From Candidatus Binatia bacterium (GTDB lineage Bacteria > Desulfobacterota > Binatia > HRBIN30): DNA of 64,000 nucleotides. The number at the start of each line of letters is the position of its first letter. Position 1 is the stretch's first letter. The stretch spans positions 267,137 to 331,136 of the forward strand of contig JBBRSP010000004.1 of assembly GCA_038245295.1 (NCBI GenBank), given 5' to 3'. Positions 40,179-49,615 of the stretch are shown one piece after another. The position numbers were made by a program, and so were the translations under genes. Below the pieces are notes generated by a model. That model was not told where the DNA came from, did not search any database, and saw nothing but the letters and a program-made list of their open reading frames with translations.

Positions 40179-41174
40179 ATGCCAAGCCTTCAAGAAGCCC
40201 CAGTGGCCGCAAGAGTTCTAGTGTTTACGGTGGATGATGGCCTTTTTTGCGTTCACCTGGACTGGGTGGAGGCTGTCTATCAGAAGGGCGATCTGCCTCT
40301 GCACAGCCTAAAAACGCAGCGCGGGTCGCGGCGCTTTGTGATTCATCATGGTCAGCCGGCGTGGGTGGTCGATCTGCGCGAAGCATTTGCCCTGGATGAG
40401 TTGCTCGGACTGAACGAGCGCACGGCCCTCGCAGTCATCCGAGCCGGTTCGGCTCTGTTGGCGGTGCCGGTGGATGCGTGCGTCGGGGTTCGCGACCTCG
40501 ACCTTGCGGCGCGCATCCCAGTGCCCTCCGCCGTGTTACGCGATGGCGGCATTCCAGTTGGCCATCTCGTTGATATTGACGGCAAACTCCATGGCCTCCT
40601 GGAGCCGAGTCGCATCCCGAGCAGCACCCTGCGAGATGAACTCGACCCGCTCCTCAAGGAAGCCCTGGCCTTCCGTGATCGCGAAGCGAAGCTGACGCAA
40701 CTCAGTGACGAGTTACGGCGCACACCTAGCCTGGGTGCGCTGAAGAACTTCGGACGCCTCAGTCGGCGCAACGGCCGTACAAAAACGGCCACCGCTGTAC
40801 GTTCTTTGCAGAAGGTGTTGGAGAACGGCTACGTGATGAACGGTAGCCTCAATGGCGACCTCAGCGCCTACACTCTGCTCCGCGACGTCGTCGCCTTGGC
40901 AAACGCACAAGCGACCGGAGAATTGCAACTCGACTTACAGGGCAGCGCGGCATGCATCTACTTCGACGCCGGTCGCGTTGCCGACGCCAAGGCGGCTGGA
41001 GAATGGGGGCGCGGGGCGCTGAAGGAGATCCTCGCCAGCCGCAACGGCACCTACTCCTTTGCGTCGCGCGAGACCGGCATTCGCCCTCAGCGCATTGCCG
41101 ACGCGACACTTTGGGTGCTGCTCGAGTGCATCGAACAACTGACCGAAGAGCGGCGAGCTCGCCACCTTCGATAG
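40179..41174 (+). CDS. CheW-like domain fused to a DUF4388/PATAN-like domain
   Basis: N-terminal CheW-like strands (VVDLREAF, LAVPVDACVGV); C-terminal TGELQL..CIYFDAGRVADA..GRGALKEIL..GTYSF. Confidence 0.75.
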   Translation: MPSLQEAPVAARVLVFTVDDGLFCVHLDWVEAVYQKGDLPLHSLKTQRGSRRFVIHHGQPAWVVDLREAFALDELLGLNERTALAVIRAGSALLAVPVDACVGVRDLDLAARIPVPSAVLRDGGIPVGHLVDIDGKLHGLLEPSRIPSSTLRDELDPLLKEALAFRDREAKLTQLSDELRRTPSLGALKNFGRLSRRNGRTKTATAVRSLQKVLENGYVMNGSLNGDLSAYTLLRDVVALANAQATGELQLDLQGSAACIYFDAGRVADAKAAGEWGRGALKEILASRNGTYSFASRETGIRPQRIADATLWVLLECIEQLTEERRARHLR

Positions 41175-41192
41175 CCAAGCGGAGAAGATCGC

Positions 41193-42890
41193 ATGAGCCG
41201 CGCAAAGATTCTTGGCGTTGATGATAGTCTGACAATCCGCAAGGCCCTTGAGATCGTCCTCAAGCCAGCCGGTTACGAGCTCGAGCTGGCCGTCGACGGA
41301 GCCGACGCCCTGGCCAAGGCGAAATCGTTCAAGCCCGACATCATTCTTCTTGACTTCATTCTGCCCGACATGCGTGGCAGCGAAGTGTGCCAGCACCTGG
41401 CGCTCGACCCCGCGACGGCAAATATTCCTGTCGTCCTGGTATCGGCCAAGGGGGCAGAGATTCGCCAAGCCTACCGGGATGTGCGCAATGTGGTCAGTTA
41501 CATCGCCAAGCCCTTCAAGCCACAGGTCATCACCAGCATCGTGGCTGAGGTACTCGCCAAGGTCGCTTCGGGTGAACTGATCAAATCGGCTGTATCGGTA
41601 CACGAGGCCGAGGGAATCACGTCATTTGGCGCGCCGCCAGCCGCAGCGCCACCTCCGCCCATGGCGGCACAACCGCCTCCATCTGTAACAACCGCCGCAC
41701 CGACGCCGCCTCTTCCTCCTCCGTCGATACCGTTGGCCGCTGGTCCATCGGTGCCTGTCGCCCCGACGATGGTCGAGGTGCCGATAGCAACTGCGGCGGC
41801 CGAGCAGGCGCCCCCAACCCCAGCCGTGGAAGAAATGCCCCTGGCTGCGGCGCCGCCCGAACCTACAGCCGCCGAACCGGCCGCCCCTCAAGTTGCCGCT
41901 GCACCGGGGCCGGCCGTACCATTTGTCACAGAACCGGCTGTCGCACCGGTGGTTCTCGCACCGCCCGTGGTTTTTGCTCCGACACCGAGTTTTGTACCGC
42001 CGCCGGTTCAAACACCGATATTCGCCGCGGCCATCGCCGACGAGGGCGACGAAGCCGAGGGCGAGGAAGCAGCCGAACAGCCTTCCACCGTGTCGCCGAT
42101 CACCGACTTGGCGCGCCGCGAAGCGCTCGAGCTCATGTTCGAGACGCTGCGGGCCGGTATCGAAGGTGTCTACGTCGAGGAAGTGGATACACCCCTCGGT
42201 GCCGCATCTGACCAAGCGAAATCCTACACGGAAATCCTCGAAACGCTGGCGCGTGAAATTGGCGAGGGGTTGAGTCACGCGCGCTCTGGGGCGCGTCACT
42301 TCATGTATGGTGACGGTTCAGTTCGTTCTCTGGACGAATCAATGCTCGAGTTTTTCCGACGCTCTTGTCGCCTCCTCTTCCGCGCCGTCAATGCCGGGGC
42401 GGTGTCACAAGAGGCTCCGTTGACACGGCGCCGAATCCTGGTGGCGTGCCAGAAGGACAGCCAGGTTCACCGTCATGTCCCGGCTCTACTGGCCGCCCAC
42501 CCTGAATGGCAAGTCTTCACGATCAGCGAAGGATTCCGCCAGCTCCCCTTGATGGCCCGCCTGTATGGGCCGACCGAGATCATCACCGAGGTGACTTGGG
42601 GCGGTGCGTTGTGGGATCAGTTGGCCACGTTACAGAAGCTGCCCGAAGCCCGCTCGATCAACGTGATCGGCGTAGCCTCGCCGGATCGGCACCCACCGGC
42701 GAATCTGGGCAGTGACACGGCGCGCACGGCGGCCCTTGCCGAACGTGGCATTCGCTCGGTCACAGGATCAGTGTTCGATTTGGATCGCGAGTTCGCCGGC
42801 CCCGCGGAAGCGCCCGGAAACGACACCCCGGTCTCGACGGGAGAGCCGGGTGGTCGGACCGATTCGCTAGTTGAGCTGACGAATCCCTAG
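41193..42890 (+). CDS. Response regulator (PilG/RomR-like REC, Pro/Ala linker, unknown C-terminal domains)
   Basis: VDDSLTIRK, LLDFILP, VSAK and IAKPF form an intact receiver; followed by about 130 aa rich in P/A and an acidic patch. Confidence 0.85.
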   Translation: MSRAKILGVDDSLTIRKALEIVLKPAGYELELAVDGADALAKAKSFKPDIILLDFILPDMRGSEVCQHLALDPATANIPVVLVSAKGAEIRQAYRDVRNVVSYIAKPFKPQVITSIVAEVLAKVASGELIKSAVSVHEAEGITSFGAPPAAAPPPPMAAQPPPSVTTAAPTPPLPPPSIPLAAGPSVPVAPTMVEVPIATAAAEQAPPTPAVEEMPLAAAPPEPTAAEPAAPQVAAAPGPAVPFVTEPAVAPVVLAPPVVFAPTPSFVPPPVQTPIFAAAIADEGDEAEGEEAAEQPSTVSPITDLARREALELMFETLRAGIEGVYVEEVDTPLGAASDQAKSYTEILETLAREIGEGLSHARSGARHFMYGDGSVRSLDESMLEFFRRSCRLLFRAVNAGAVSQEAPLTRRRILVACQKDSQVHRHVPALLAAHPEWQVFTISEGFRQLPLMARLYGPTEIITEVTWGGALWDQLATLQKLPEARSINVIGVASPDRHPPANLGSDTARTAALAERGIRSVTGSVFDLDREFAGPAEAPGNDTPVSTGEPGGRTDSLVELTNP

Positions 42891-42908
42891 CTTGGATCAG
42901 GGGGGAAA

Positions 42909-43268
42909 ATGCCCAAGGTTTTGATTGTGGACGACGTGCGGAGCGATGTACAGCTAATGGCAGATGCCTTGCGACCGGCGGGATATGACTGCATCCGGGC
43001 CAGCAATGGCGTGGAGGCGTTGGAAAGAGCACGCAGCGAGAAGCCCGACGTGATCCTGCTCGATATCGTCATGCCCGGTCAGGATGGGTTCGCGACGTGC
43101 CGCCAATTGAAGAGGGATACAACGACGAAGCATATTCCGGTGGTCATGGTGAGCTCGAAAAACGGGGAAAGCGACAGGTTCTGGGGGCAGAAGCAAGGCG
43201 CGGCTGAGTATCTGATCAAGCCGTTTTCGCCGAACGATCTGCTCGCCATCGTCAAGAGGTTTGCGTGA
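42909..43268 (+). CDS. Single-domain response regulator, PilH/CheY-like
   Basis: IVDD, LLDIVMP, SSK..ESDRFWG.KQGA.EYL.KPF pattern typical of PilH. Confidence 0.9.
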   Translation: MPKVLIVDDVRSDVQLMADALRPAGYDCIRASNGVEALERARSEKPDVILLDIVMPGQDGFATCRQLKRDTTTKHIPVVMVSSKNGESDRFWGQKQGAAEYLIKPFSPNDLLAIVKRFA

Positions 43269-43816
43269 GCGTTAGCGAGACCAAGACTGAGGGTGCTCTG
43301 GATGTCGATGCGCAGCTAAGCGCGCGCTTGGCACAGCTCGGCCAGGAGCACTGTATTTTCAGTCGACACGGACAAGTGTACGCCCTGAGCGTCTCCACGG
43401 CCCGCGAAGTTCTGATGAGCGAACGGGTAACACCCGTTCCCCGGGCCCCCGCGACCCTGGTCGGCGTACTCAACTTGCGCGGTGAAGTGTTGCCACTGGT
43501 CTATCTCGACGCGTTGCTGCAGCTGCCCTTCCGAGCCTACGGTAGTGATGATCAAGTCTTGGTTTTGGCAAGTAACAACGTTTGGGTCGGCATCGTCGTC
43601 GACAAAGTTCGCGATGTTCGGCCGATCAATCCTAAAGAGGTAACGGCGGTTCCTGCGTCGATCCCGATACATCCGGTTTACAAGAGCTACTGGAACGGCA
43701 CGGGCGATTCCGTGATCATTCTCGATGGCGATACTCTGGTGGCGGCCGCAACCACGCTCGTGAGCAGGGGCCTGCAAGAAGCGACTGAACAGATGTCGAC
43801 GCCGTCGACAAGATAG
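43265..43816 (+). CDS. cheW: CheW adaptor (PilI position)
   Basis: [22 protein letters not shown] and GIVVDKV motifs. Confidence 0.92.
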   Translation: MSVSETKTEGALDVDAQLSARLAQLGQEHCIFSRHGQVYALSVSTAREVLMSERVTPVPRAPATLVGVLNLRGEVLPLVYLDALLQLPFRAYGSDDQVLVLASNNVWVGIVVDKVRDVRPINPKEVTAVPASIPIHPVYKSYWNGTGDSVIILDGDTLVAAATTLVSRGLQEATEQMSTPSTR

Positions 43817-43830
43817 GTAGAGGGGGAACT

Positions 43831-46353
43831 ATGGCAAAGAAAAGCGCTCCGGCGGCGGCTCGCGGCGTTCGTTTGCCAATCTTGTGGCAGCTGCTGTTGG
43901 CATTCATCCCACTGGCAGTCTTCGCGATCGCCGTGGTTGGCGTCGTCAGCTACCGCAAAGCTTCCGAATCGCTGCGCGACCAGGCAATTCGCCAGTTGCA
44001 AACCGTTCGCGACAACAAGGTGCGCGAAATCTCGCGCTATCTGCGTGGGGTTGAAGACCAGGTTGCAACCTGGGCTCGGAACCCGACAACGGCAGCGGCG
44101 CTCAAGCAATTCAACCTCGCGTTGCGCGAGCTCGACACCGATCCCATGACCGAACCGGACAAGATCCGGCCGCAGGTCGAGGCCGTGAAGAGCTTCCTGC
44201 AAAATCAGTTCGCCCAGGAGATCAAGAAGGGCCTATCGTTCCAATCGGTGATGCCGACGCAACGCTCGACCCTCTGGTTGCAATATCACTACCTCGCCAA
44301 CAGCCCCGCTCGCCGCGAACGGGTGATCCTCGAGAACGCCAAGGACGGATCGAAATATTCCGGCGTGCACGCCATGTGGCACAGTATGTTCAGCAACGTC
44401 GTCGTTCGTTTTGGCTTCGAAGATCTTTACCTGATCGACTACGCCACCAAACGGATCGTCTATTCGGTCAACAAGAACACCGACTTTCTCGCCGACCTGA
44501 GCAGTGGCCCCTACGCCGAATCAGCCCTCGGCAAGTTGGTGCGCAAACTCGATACGGCCAAACGCGAAGGCGACTTCGAAATGACCGACTTCGCGCCCTA
44601 CCTCGCGACCCTCGGTATGCCTGCGGCGTTTGCCGGAACGCCAATCTTCGAGAACGGCCAACGCGTCGGTACAATGGTCGTCGGCTTCACGCTGGATGAA
44701 ATCAACGGCATCATGACGGGCGACAGCGAGTGGGAGCAGGCCGGCCTGGGTAAGACAGGTGAGGCTTACATCGTCGGGCACCGCGGTAACGACCTGTTGA
44801 TGCGCAGCGAATCACGCTTTCTTTCCGAGCTCGAGGCATCCAACGCCAGTGTCCTGGCCGCACACACCGCCGTCTTGACCCTAAAAGTCGAGTCCGAAGC
44901 GGCACTGCTTGGGAATGACAAGAAACAGTTCTCCGGCCGCTACCAGAACTACCGAGGTGTCCCCGTGTTGGGCGCCTCGACTGTAATGGATCTTCCCAAC
45001 CTCGACTGGATCGCGATCGCCGAGATCAGCGAAAGCGAGGCTCTGGCGCCCGTCGAGCAATTGCGCACGTTAATCCTGTATCTGTCGTCTGGACTCGTCG
45101 CCGTCTTCGTCGTGGTGGCGCTTGTGATGTCGATCGGGCTGACCCGCCCGGTGCGCGCCCTGGCGAACGTCGTCAGCGAGCTGCAAAAAGGGAACTATCG
45201 AGCTCGCGCCAAGGTACGGGCTCGCAACGAGCTCGGCCTACTTGCCGACGGTCTCAACCAGGCCTTGGACGAGCGCGTCGAAACGTTGGCCAAGGTCGAG
45301 GACGAGAACAAGCGCCTACAGACTGAAATTCGCGGCCTTCTCAACGTCGTCGCGGCGGCCTCCGACGGCGACTTCACCATGCGCGCCGTAGTCGGCAGCG
45401 GCACCCTCGGGAACCTTTCCGACGCCTTGAACCTGATGTTCGAAAACATCAGCGAGTTGATCGGTCACCTGCGCGGTGTATCGAGTCGTGTGGTTACCGC
45501 CGCCAACCAGATCCAGGATTCCGCGACGCAACTTGCCGAAGGATCGACCCAGCAAACCGCCGACGTCAGTCGCACCGCATTGGCGGTGAGTGAGATGAAC
45601 GAGCGTGTGCAGGCCGTGACGCGAGACGCGGCGAGCGCCGTGGAAGCCGCAAAACGCGCCGAGTTGGCTGCCCAGTCCGGCAGTGATGTCGTAAAACATG
45701 TCGTTGCCGGCATGGAGTCCCTGCAAAAAAATACGCGCGCTTCGGCCATCAAAATCAAACGACTGGGTGAGCGCTCGATGGAGATTTCCACGATCACCGG
45801 CGCCATCCAAAAGATCTCGGCGCAAACCAACATGTTGGCGCTCAACGCCGCCATTGAAGCCTCGCGCGCCGGCGAACACGGTCTGGGTTTCTCCGTCGTC
45901 GCCGACGAAGTGAGAAAGCTGGCCGAGCAGACCGAGTCGGCGGCTCGCGAAATCACCGAACTGATCGGCTCGATCCAAACCGAAACCAATGAAGCGGTGA
46001 GCGGTATGGAGCGGCAAGCGGAGTACGTGGAAGAGCAAACCATTTCCGTGTTCGACGCCGGTAACAGCCTGGAACGCATTCTCGAAGCGTCGGGACAGAG
46101 CGCGAGCTTGATCACCGAGATTTCGAACGCCTCCGAACAGCAGGCCAAGAGCGCCAACCAACTGGCGCAAGCAATGACTAGCGTCTCCGAGGTCGCGCAA
46201 CAGGCACAAGCCGCGTCGGAGCAAACTCGTCAGGGTTCCGCCGAATTGATCGAAGTCGCCGTCGAACTGGACGCGCAGATTGGTCTCTTCCGTGTCGAAG
46301 GCCAGCCACTGCCGGAGCCAACACAAGGGAACGGTCACGCCACGGCTCATTGA
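43831..46353 (+). CDS. Methyl-accepting chemotaxis protein (Cache-like sensor, HAMP; PilJ position)
   Basis: Two TMs flanking a large periplasmic domain; HAMP (NELGLLA); [35 protein letters not shown]. Confidence 0.95.
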   Translation: MAKKSAPAAARGVRLPILWQLLLAFIPLAVFAIAVVGVVSYRKASESLRDQAIRQLQTVRDNKVREISRYLRGVEDQVATWARNPTTAAALKQFNLALRELDTDPMTEPDKIRPQVEAVKSFLQNQFAQEIKKGLSFQSVMPTQRSTLWLQYHYLANSPARRERVILENAKDGSKYSGVHAMWHSMFSNVVVRFGFEDLYLIDYATKRIVYSVNKNTDFLADLSSGPYAESALGKLVRKLDTAKREGDFEMTDFAPYLATLGMPAAFAGTPIFENGQRVGTMVVGFTLDEINGIMTGDSEWEQAGLGKTGEAYIVGHRGNDLLMRSESRFLSELEASNASVLAAHTAVLTLKVESEAALLGNDKKQFSGRYQNYRGVPVLGASTVMDLPNLDWIAIAEISESEALAPVEQLRTLILYLSSGLVAVFVVVALVMSIGLTRPVRALANVVSELQKGNYRARAKVRARNELGLLADGLNQALDERVETLAKVEDENKRLQTEIRGLLNVVAAASDGDFTMRAVVGSGTLGNLSDALNLMFENISELIGHLRGVSSRVVTAANQIQDSATQLAEGSTQQTADVSRTALAVSEMNERVQAVTRDAASAVEAAKRAELAAQSGSDVVKHVVAGMESLQKNTRASAIKIKRLGERSMEISTITGAIQKISAQTNMLALNAAIEASRAGEHGLGFSVVADEVRKLAEQTESAAREITELIGSIQTETNEAVSGMERQAEYVEEQTISVFDAGNSLERILEASGQSASLITEISNASEQQAKSANQLAQAMTSVSEVAQQAQAASEQTRQGSAELIEVAVELDAQIGLFRVEGQPLPEPTQGNGHATAH

Positions 46354-46404
46354 GCCGTGATCCGCGCGACCTGATGAGACGACTGGACGAAGAGGGACCG
46401 ACGG

Positions 46405-49400
46405 ATGGCTGATCGATTCCGTTTGGATGAAGTGCGCGAAATCTTTCGCGACGATGTGGCGCGTCTCATCGGAGAGATGCGCGGCAGTGCTGCTCAGTTG
46501 CTCAAACAGCCGGGCAATGCCGCCGCCCTCGAGCAGATCCGCGGTGCCGGCCATTCCCTACGTGGAAGCGCCGGCCTAGTCGGACTTACCTACCTGAGCC
46601 GCGCCGGTGCCGCGGTAGAGTACCTGGTTGAGAACCTTGATCGAGGCGCAGGCGAAACGCGCCGCATCAAAGCGTTCGCGCGGCAACTCGCCGCGGCCAT
46701 CGACCAAATCGAAGCATTGGCAACCACGTCGCTGAACGATATCGACGCCGGACTCCACGAAAACGTCTACACCGAGTTTACCCTTCTGTTCCCTGAGGAC
46801 GTGCGCCGCGAGTTGGTGGCAATTGATGTCGGGTCGCTACCGCCGGCCGAGGCACCCGTGGAAGCAGCGCCCGCAGGGGGTGATGATCCGGCCTGGGAAG
46901 CGCAACTCGCCGAGATCTTCCTCGAGGAATTGCGCGAAAACCTGACCCGCGTTCCAGTGCTCGTGGCCGGACTTGCCGAACAGCACCAACGGCGCCAGGC
47001 GTTCTACGATCTGTCACGCGTCTTCCATACGATCAAAGGTTCGGCTGCGATGGTGGGGCGCCATGAGCTTTCGGAGCTGGGGCGGATTCTTCAGGATGCC
47101 TTTGGTTCGGCGGCCGAAAGCGCCGAAATCAATCCGGACGACCACACGACGATCCAGAGCACGATGGCGCAGGTCTTCGCGGCCGCACAGATGCTTGCAC
47201 CGACTTTGCCAACGCCAGCCACGGCTGTCGAGGACGAGCCGGACATCGACCCAGAGTTGATGGAAGCGTTCGCCATCGACGCCGACGAAGCGCTTTCGGC
47301 CACCGAACGCGTACTGCTCGAACTGGAAACCCAACCCGACAACACCGACAGCCTGCGTTCCCTCTTCCGCCACTTCCACACCCTGAAGGGCGCGGCCGCC
47401 GCTGTGGGACTGGGGCTCGTCGCCGAGCAATTGCACCACGGCGAGTCGCTGCTGGAATCGATCCTCGAAGGCGAGACGGCGGTAGGAGGTCCTCGGCTCG
47501 TCGACTTCCTATTCCGACTCACCGACTCGATCACCGGGCTGATCGACAAGGTGCGCGGCCGAGCCACCGATCAGCGCAGCGTCATGACCGACATACCCGT
47601 CGCCATCGCGGCTCTCATGTCTGCAGCAGTCACCGACGAGCCTCTGCCGACGCCGACACGGGCGACGCCGACCCCAGTTCAGGCCGCCGAAGCGAGCGAC
47701 GCTCCGATACCGTTGGCCGAGCTCGAAACCGGCGTGGTGCGTATCTTGGCCAGCCGCCTCGATACTCTGATGAATCAGGTGACGCAGCTCGTCGTGAGCC
47801 GCACCCGCCTGGATCGCAAGATCGAAGCCTTCGGGGAGTTGCGCGACAAACTGGACTACTGCCGTCGCCGGCTTGCGGATCTGATCCAAGGCTTTCAAGA
47901 AAACTACGAATACAACGTCGGCGAGCGCCAAGGGGTCGCCACCAAAGCATCGCTCACTACCCGGTCAGCAGCAGAGGAGGACGAATTCTTCACCGACCTC
48001 GAGTTCGACAAATATGACGACGTCAACATTCTCGCTCGTAGCGTCATCGAGCTAGCTACCGACACCGGCGAGCTCGCCGACCAACTCGGTAAACTCATTG
48101 ATTCCTTTGGTGAGGAGTCACGTCAGTTCTCGAAAGTCACCTCAACCCTGCAACGCCAGATCACCCGCTTGCGTCTCGTGCCGATCGATACCGTCCTGCG
48201 GCGCCTCGTGCGACCCGTTCGCGATGCCGCCCGCCAGGAAGGCAAACTCGTCGACCTGGTGTTCGACGGCGGCGACGTGCAACTCGACAAGACCATCGTC
48301 GAAGGCCTTCACGCGCCGCTGCTGCATCTTGTTCGCAACGCGGTGTCCCATGGGATCGAGCAGCCGACCGAACGGCAAGCGACCGGCAAGCCCACGACGG
48401 GAACGATTCGCATCTCGGCTCAGCTGCGGCACAACAGCGTGCAGATTAATTTGCAAGACGACGGTGCCGGTATCGACTTTGACGCGGTCCGCAAGAAGGG
48501 CCTTGCGCTCGGCCTAGTCGACGCAAACACGACGCCCTCACGCGACGAGCTCGTCCAGCTGATTTTCCGTTCGGGCTTCAGCACGGGGACAACCGTGACC
48601 GATCTGGCCGGTCGCGGCGTCGGCATGGACGTCGTGGCCCGCGAGATTGTCGGCCTCAACGGAACCTTGGCCGTCGAATCGCGCGATCGTTACGGCACCA
48701 CCATTCACATGGTCGTTCCGACAATGACGGCCATCGACGAAGTTCTGCTGCTGCACTCCGGCACGCATCAGTATGCAATCGCCGCGGACTACGTCGAGCA
48801 GGCCGTCAGCGTCAACGCCGCTCACATCGTAGACGTGGATGGGCAGCCCACCCTCCAGGTCCGTAATGAACTCCTACCCGTCCTGTTCCTCGGACCGCTG
48901 GTCGATCAGCCGGCCCCGACGGGGAACGGTATGGCGATGCTTCTACGAGTTGGGGATAGTCGATTGGCGTTAATCATCGATCGCGTCGAGCCACAACGGG
49001 AGGCAGTCATTCGGCCGCTGGGCCGTCTGCTGAACACGCACCCGTTCCTCGCTGGGGCGACCATCTCCGGTGACGGAGACGTGATTTTCACGCTCAACCC
49101 GTCACGGCTTCTCGAGTTGCTGCACGGCGAAGCACCGCGGCATGCAACCTTCATCATGCCGGCGGCCAGTGATGCCGCGCCCGTCTCCGGGTCGACCATC
49201 CTGTGGGTCGACGATTCGATCAGCGTTCGCAAGATGGCGACGAAGTTCCTCGAAAGCGAAGGCGTCGACGTCGACACCGCCGTCGACGGAATCGATGCAC
49301 TAGAAAAGCTCGCATCGGGACGCTTCCGTCTGGTCGTCACCGATCTCGAGATGCCGCGCATGCACGGGTACGATCTGGTCGCCGAGATCAGGCGTAATCC

Positions 49401-49590
49401 GGCATTCAAGCACCTGCCTGTCATCGTCTGCAGTTCACGTTCGAGCGACAAGCACCGCCACCGGGCGGAGGATGTCGGGGCCCAGGGTTACCTGACCAAG
49501 CCGTTCTCGAAAGAGCAGCTATTCGAGGAGCTCGAGCGCGTTCGGCCGGGCTCCACGACGAGCCGCCCGGCTGCCGGGGCAAGTGCCTGA
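46405..49590 (+). CDS. cheA: Hybrid CheA/ChpA-type histidine kinase (3 Hpt, HATPase, CheW, REC)
   Basis: HSLRGSA, HTIKGSA, HTLKGAA; HLVRNAVSHGIE, DDGAGID, GFST, GRGVGMDVV; C-terminal VDDS..TDLEMP..KPF. Confidence 0.93.
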   Translation: MADRFRLDEVREIFRDDVARLIGEMRGSAAQLLKQPGNAAALEQIRGAGHSLRGSAGLVGLTYLSRAGAAVEYLVENLDRGAGETRRIKAFARQLAAAIDQIEALATTSLNDIDAGLHENVYTEFTLLFPEDVRRELVAIDVGSLPPAEAPVEAAPAGGDDPAWEAQLAEIFLEELRENLTRVPVLVAGLAEQHQRRQAFYDLSRVFHTIKGSAAMVGRHELSELGRILQDAFGSAAESAEINPDDHTTIQSTMAQVFAAAQMLAPTLPTPATAVEDEPDIDPELMEAFAIDADEALSATERVLLELETQPDNTDSLRSLFRHFHTLKGAAAAVGLGLVAEQLHHGESLLESILEGETAVGGPRLVDFLFRLTDSITGLIDKVRGRATDQRSVMTDIPVAIAALMSAAVTDEPLPTPTRATPTPVQAAEASDAPIPLAELETGVVRILASRLDTLMNQVTQLVVSRTRLDRKIEAFGELRDKLDYCRRRLADLIQGFQENYEYNVGERQGVATKASLTTRSAAEEDEFFTDLEFDKYDDVNILARSVIELATDTGELADQLGKLIDSFGEESRQFSKVTSTLQRQITRLRLVPIDTVLRRLVRPVRDAARQEGKLVDLVFDGGDVQLDKTIVEGLHAPLLHLVRNAVSHGIEQPTERQATGKPTTGTIRISAQLRHNSVQINLQDDGAGIDFDAVRKKGLALGLVDANTTPSRDELVQLIFRSGFSTGTTVTDLAGRGVGMDVVAREIVGLNGTLAVESRDRYGTTIHMVVPTMTAIDEVLLLHSGTHQYAIAADYVEQAVSVNAAHIVDVDGQPTLQVRNELLPVLFLGPLVDQPAPTGNGMAMLLRVGDSRLALIIDRVEPQREAVIRPLGRLLNTHPFLAGATISGDGDVIFTLNPSRLLELLHGEAPRHATFIMPAASDAAPVSGSTILWVDDSISVRKMATKFLESEGVDVDTAVDGIDALEKLASGRFRLVVTDLEMPRMHGYDLVAEIRRNPAFKHLPVIVCSSRSSDKHRHRAEDVGAQGYLTKPFSKEQLFEELERVRPGSTTSRPAAGASA

Positions 49591-49615
49591 AAAGCGACCG
49601 GAGTAGGAGGAACCG

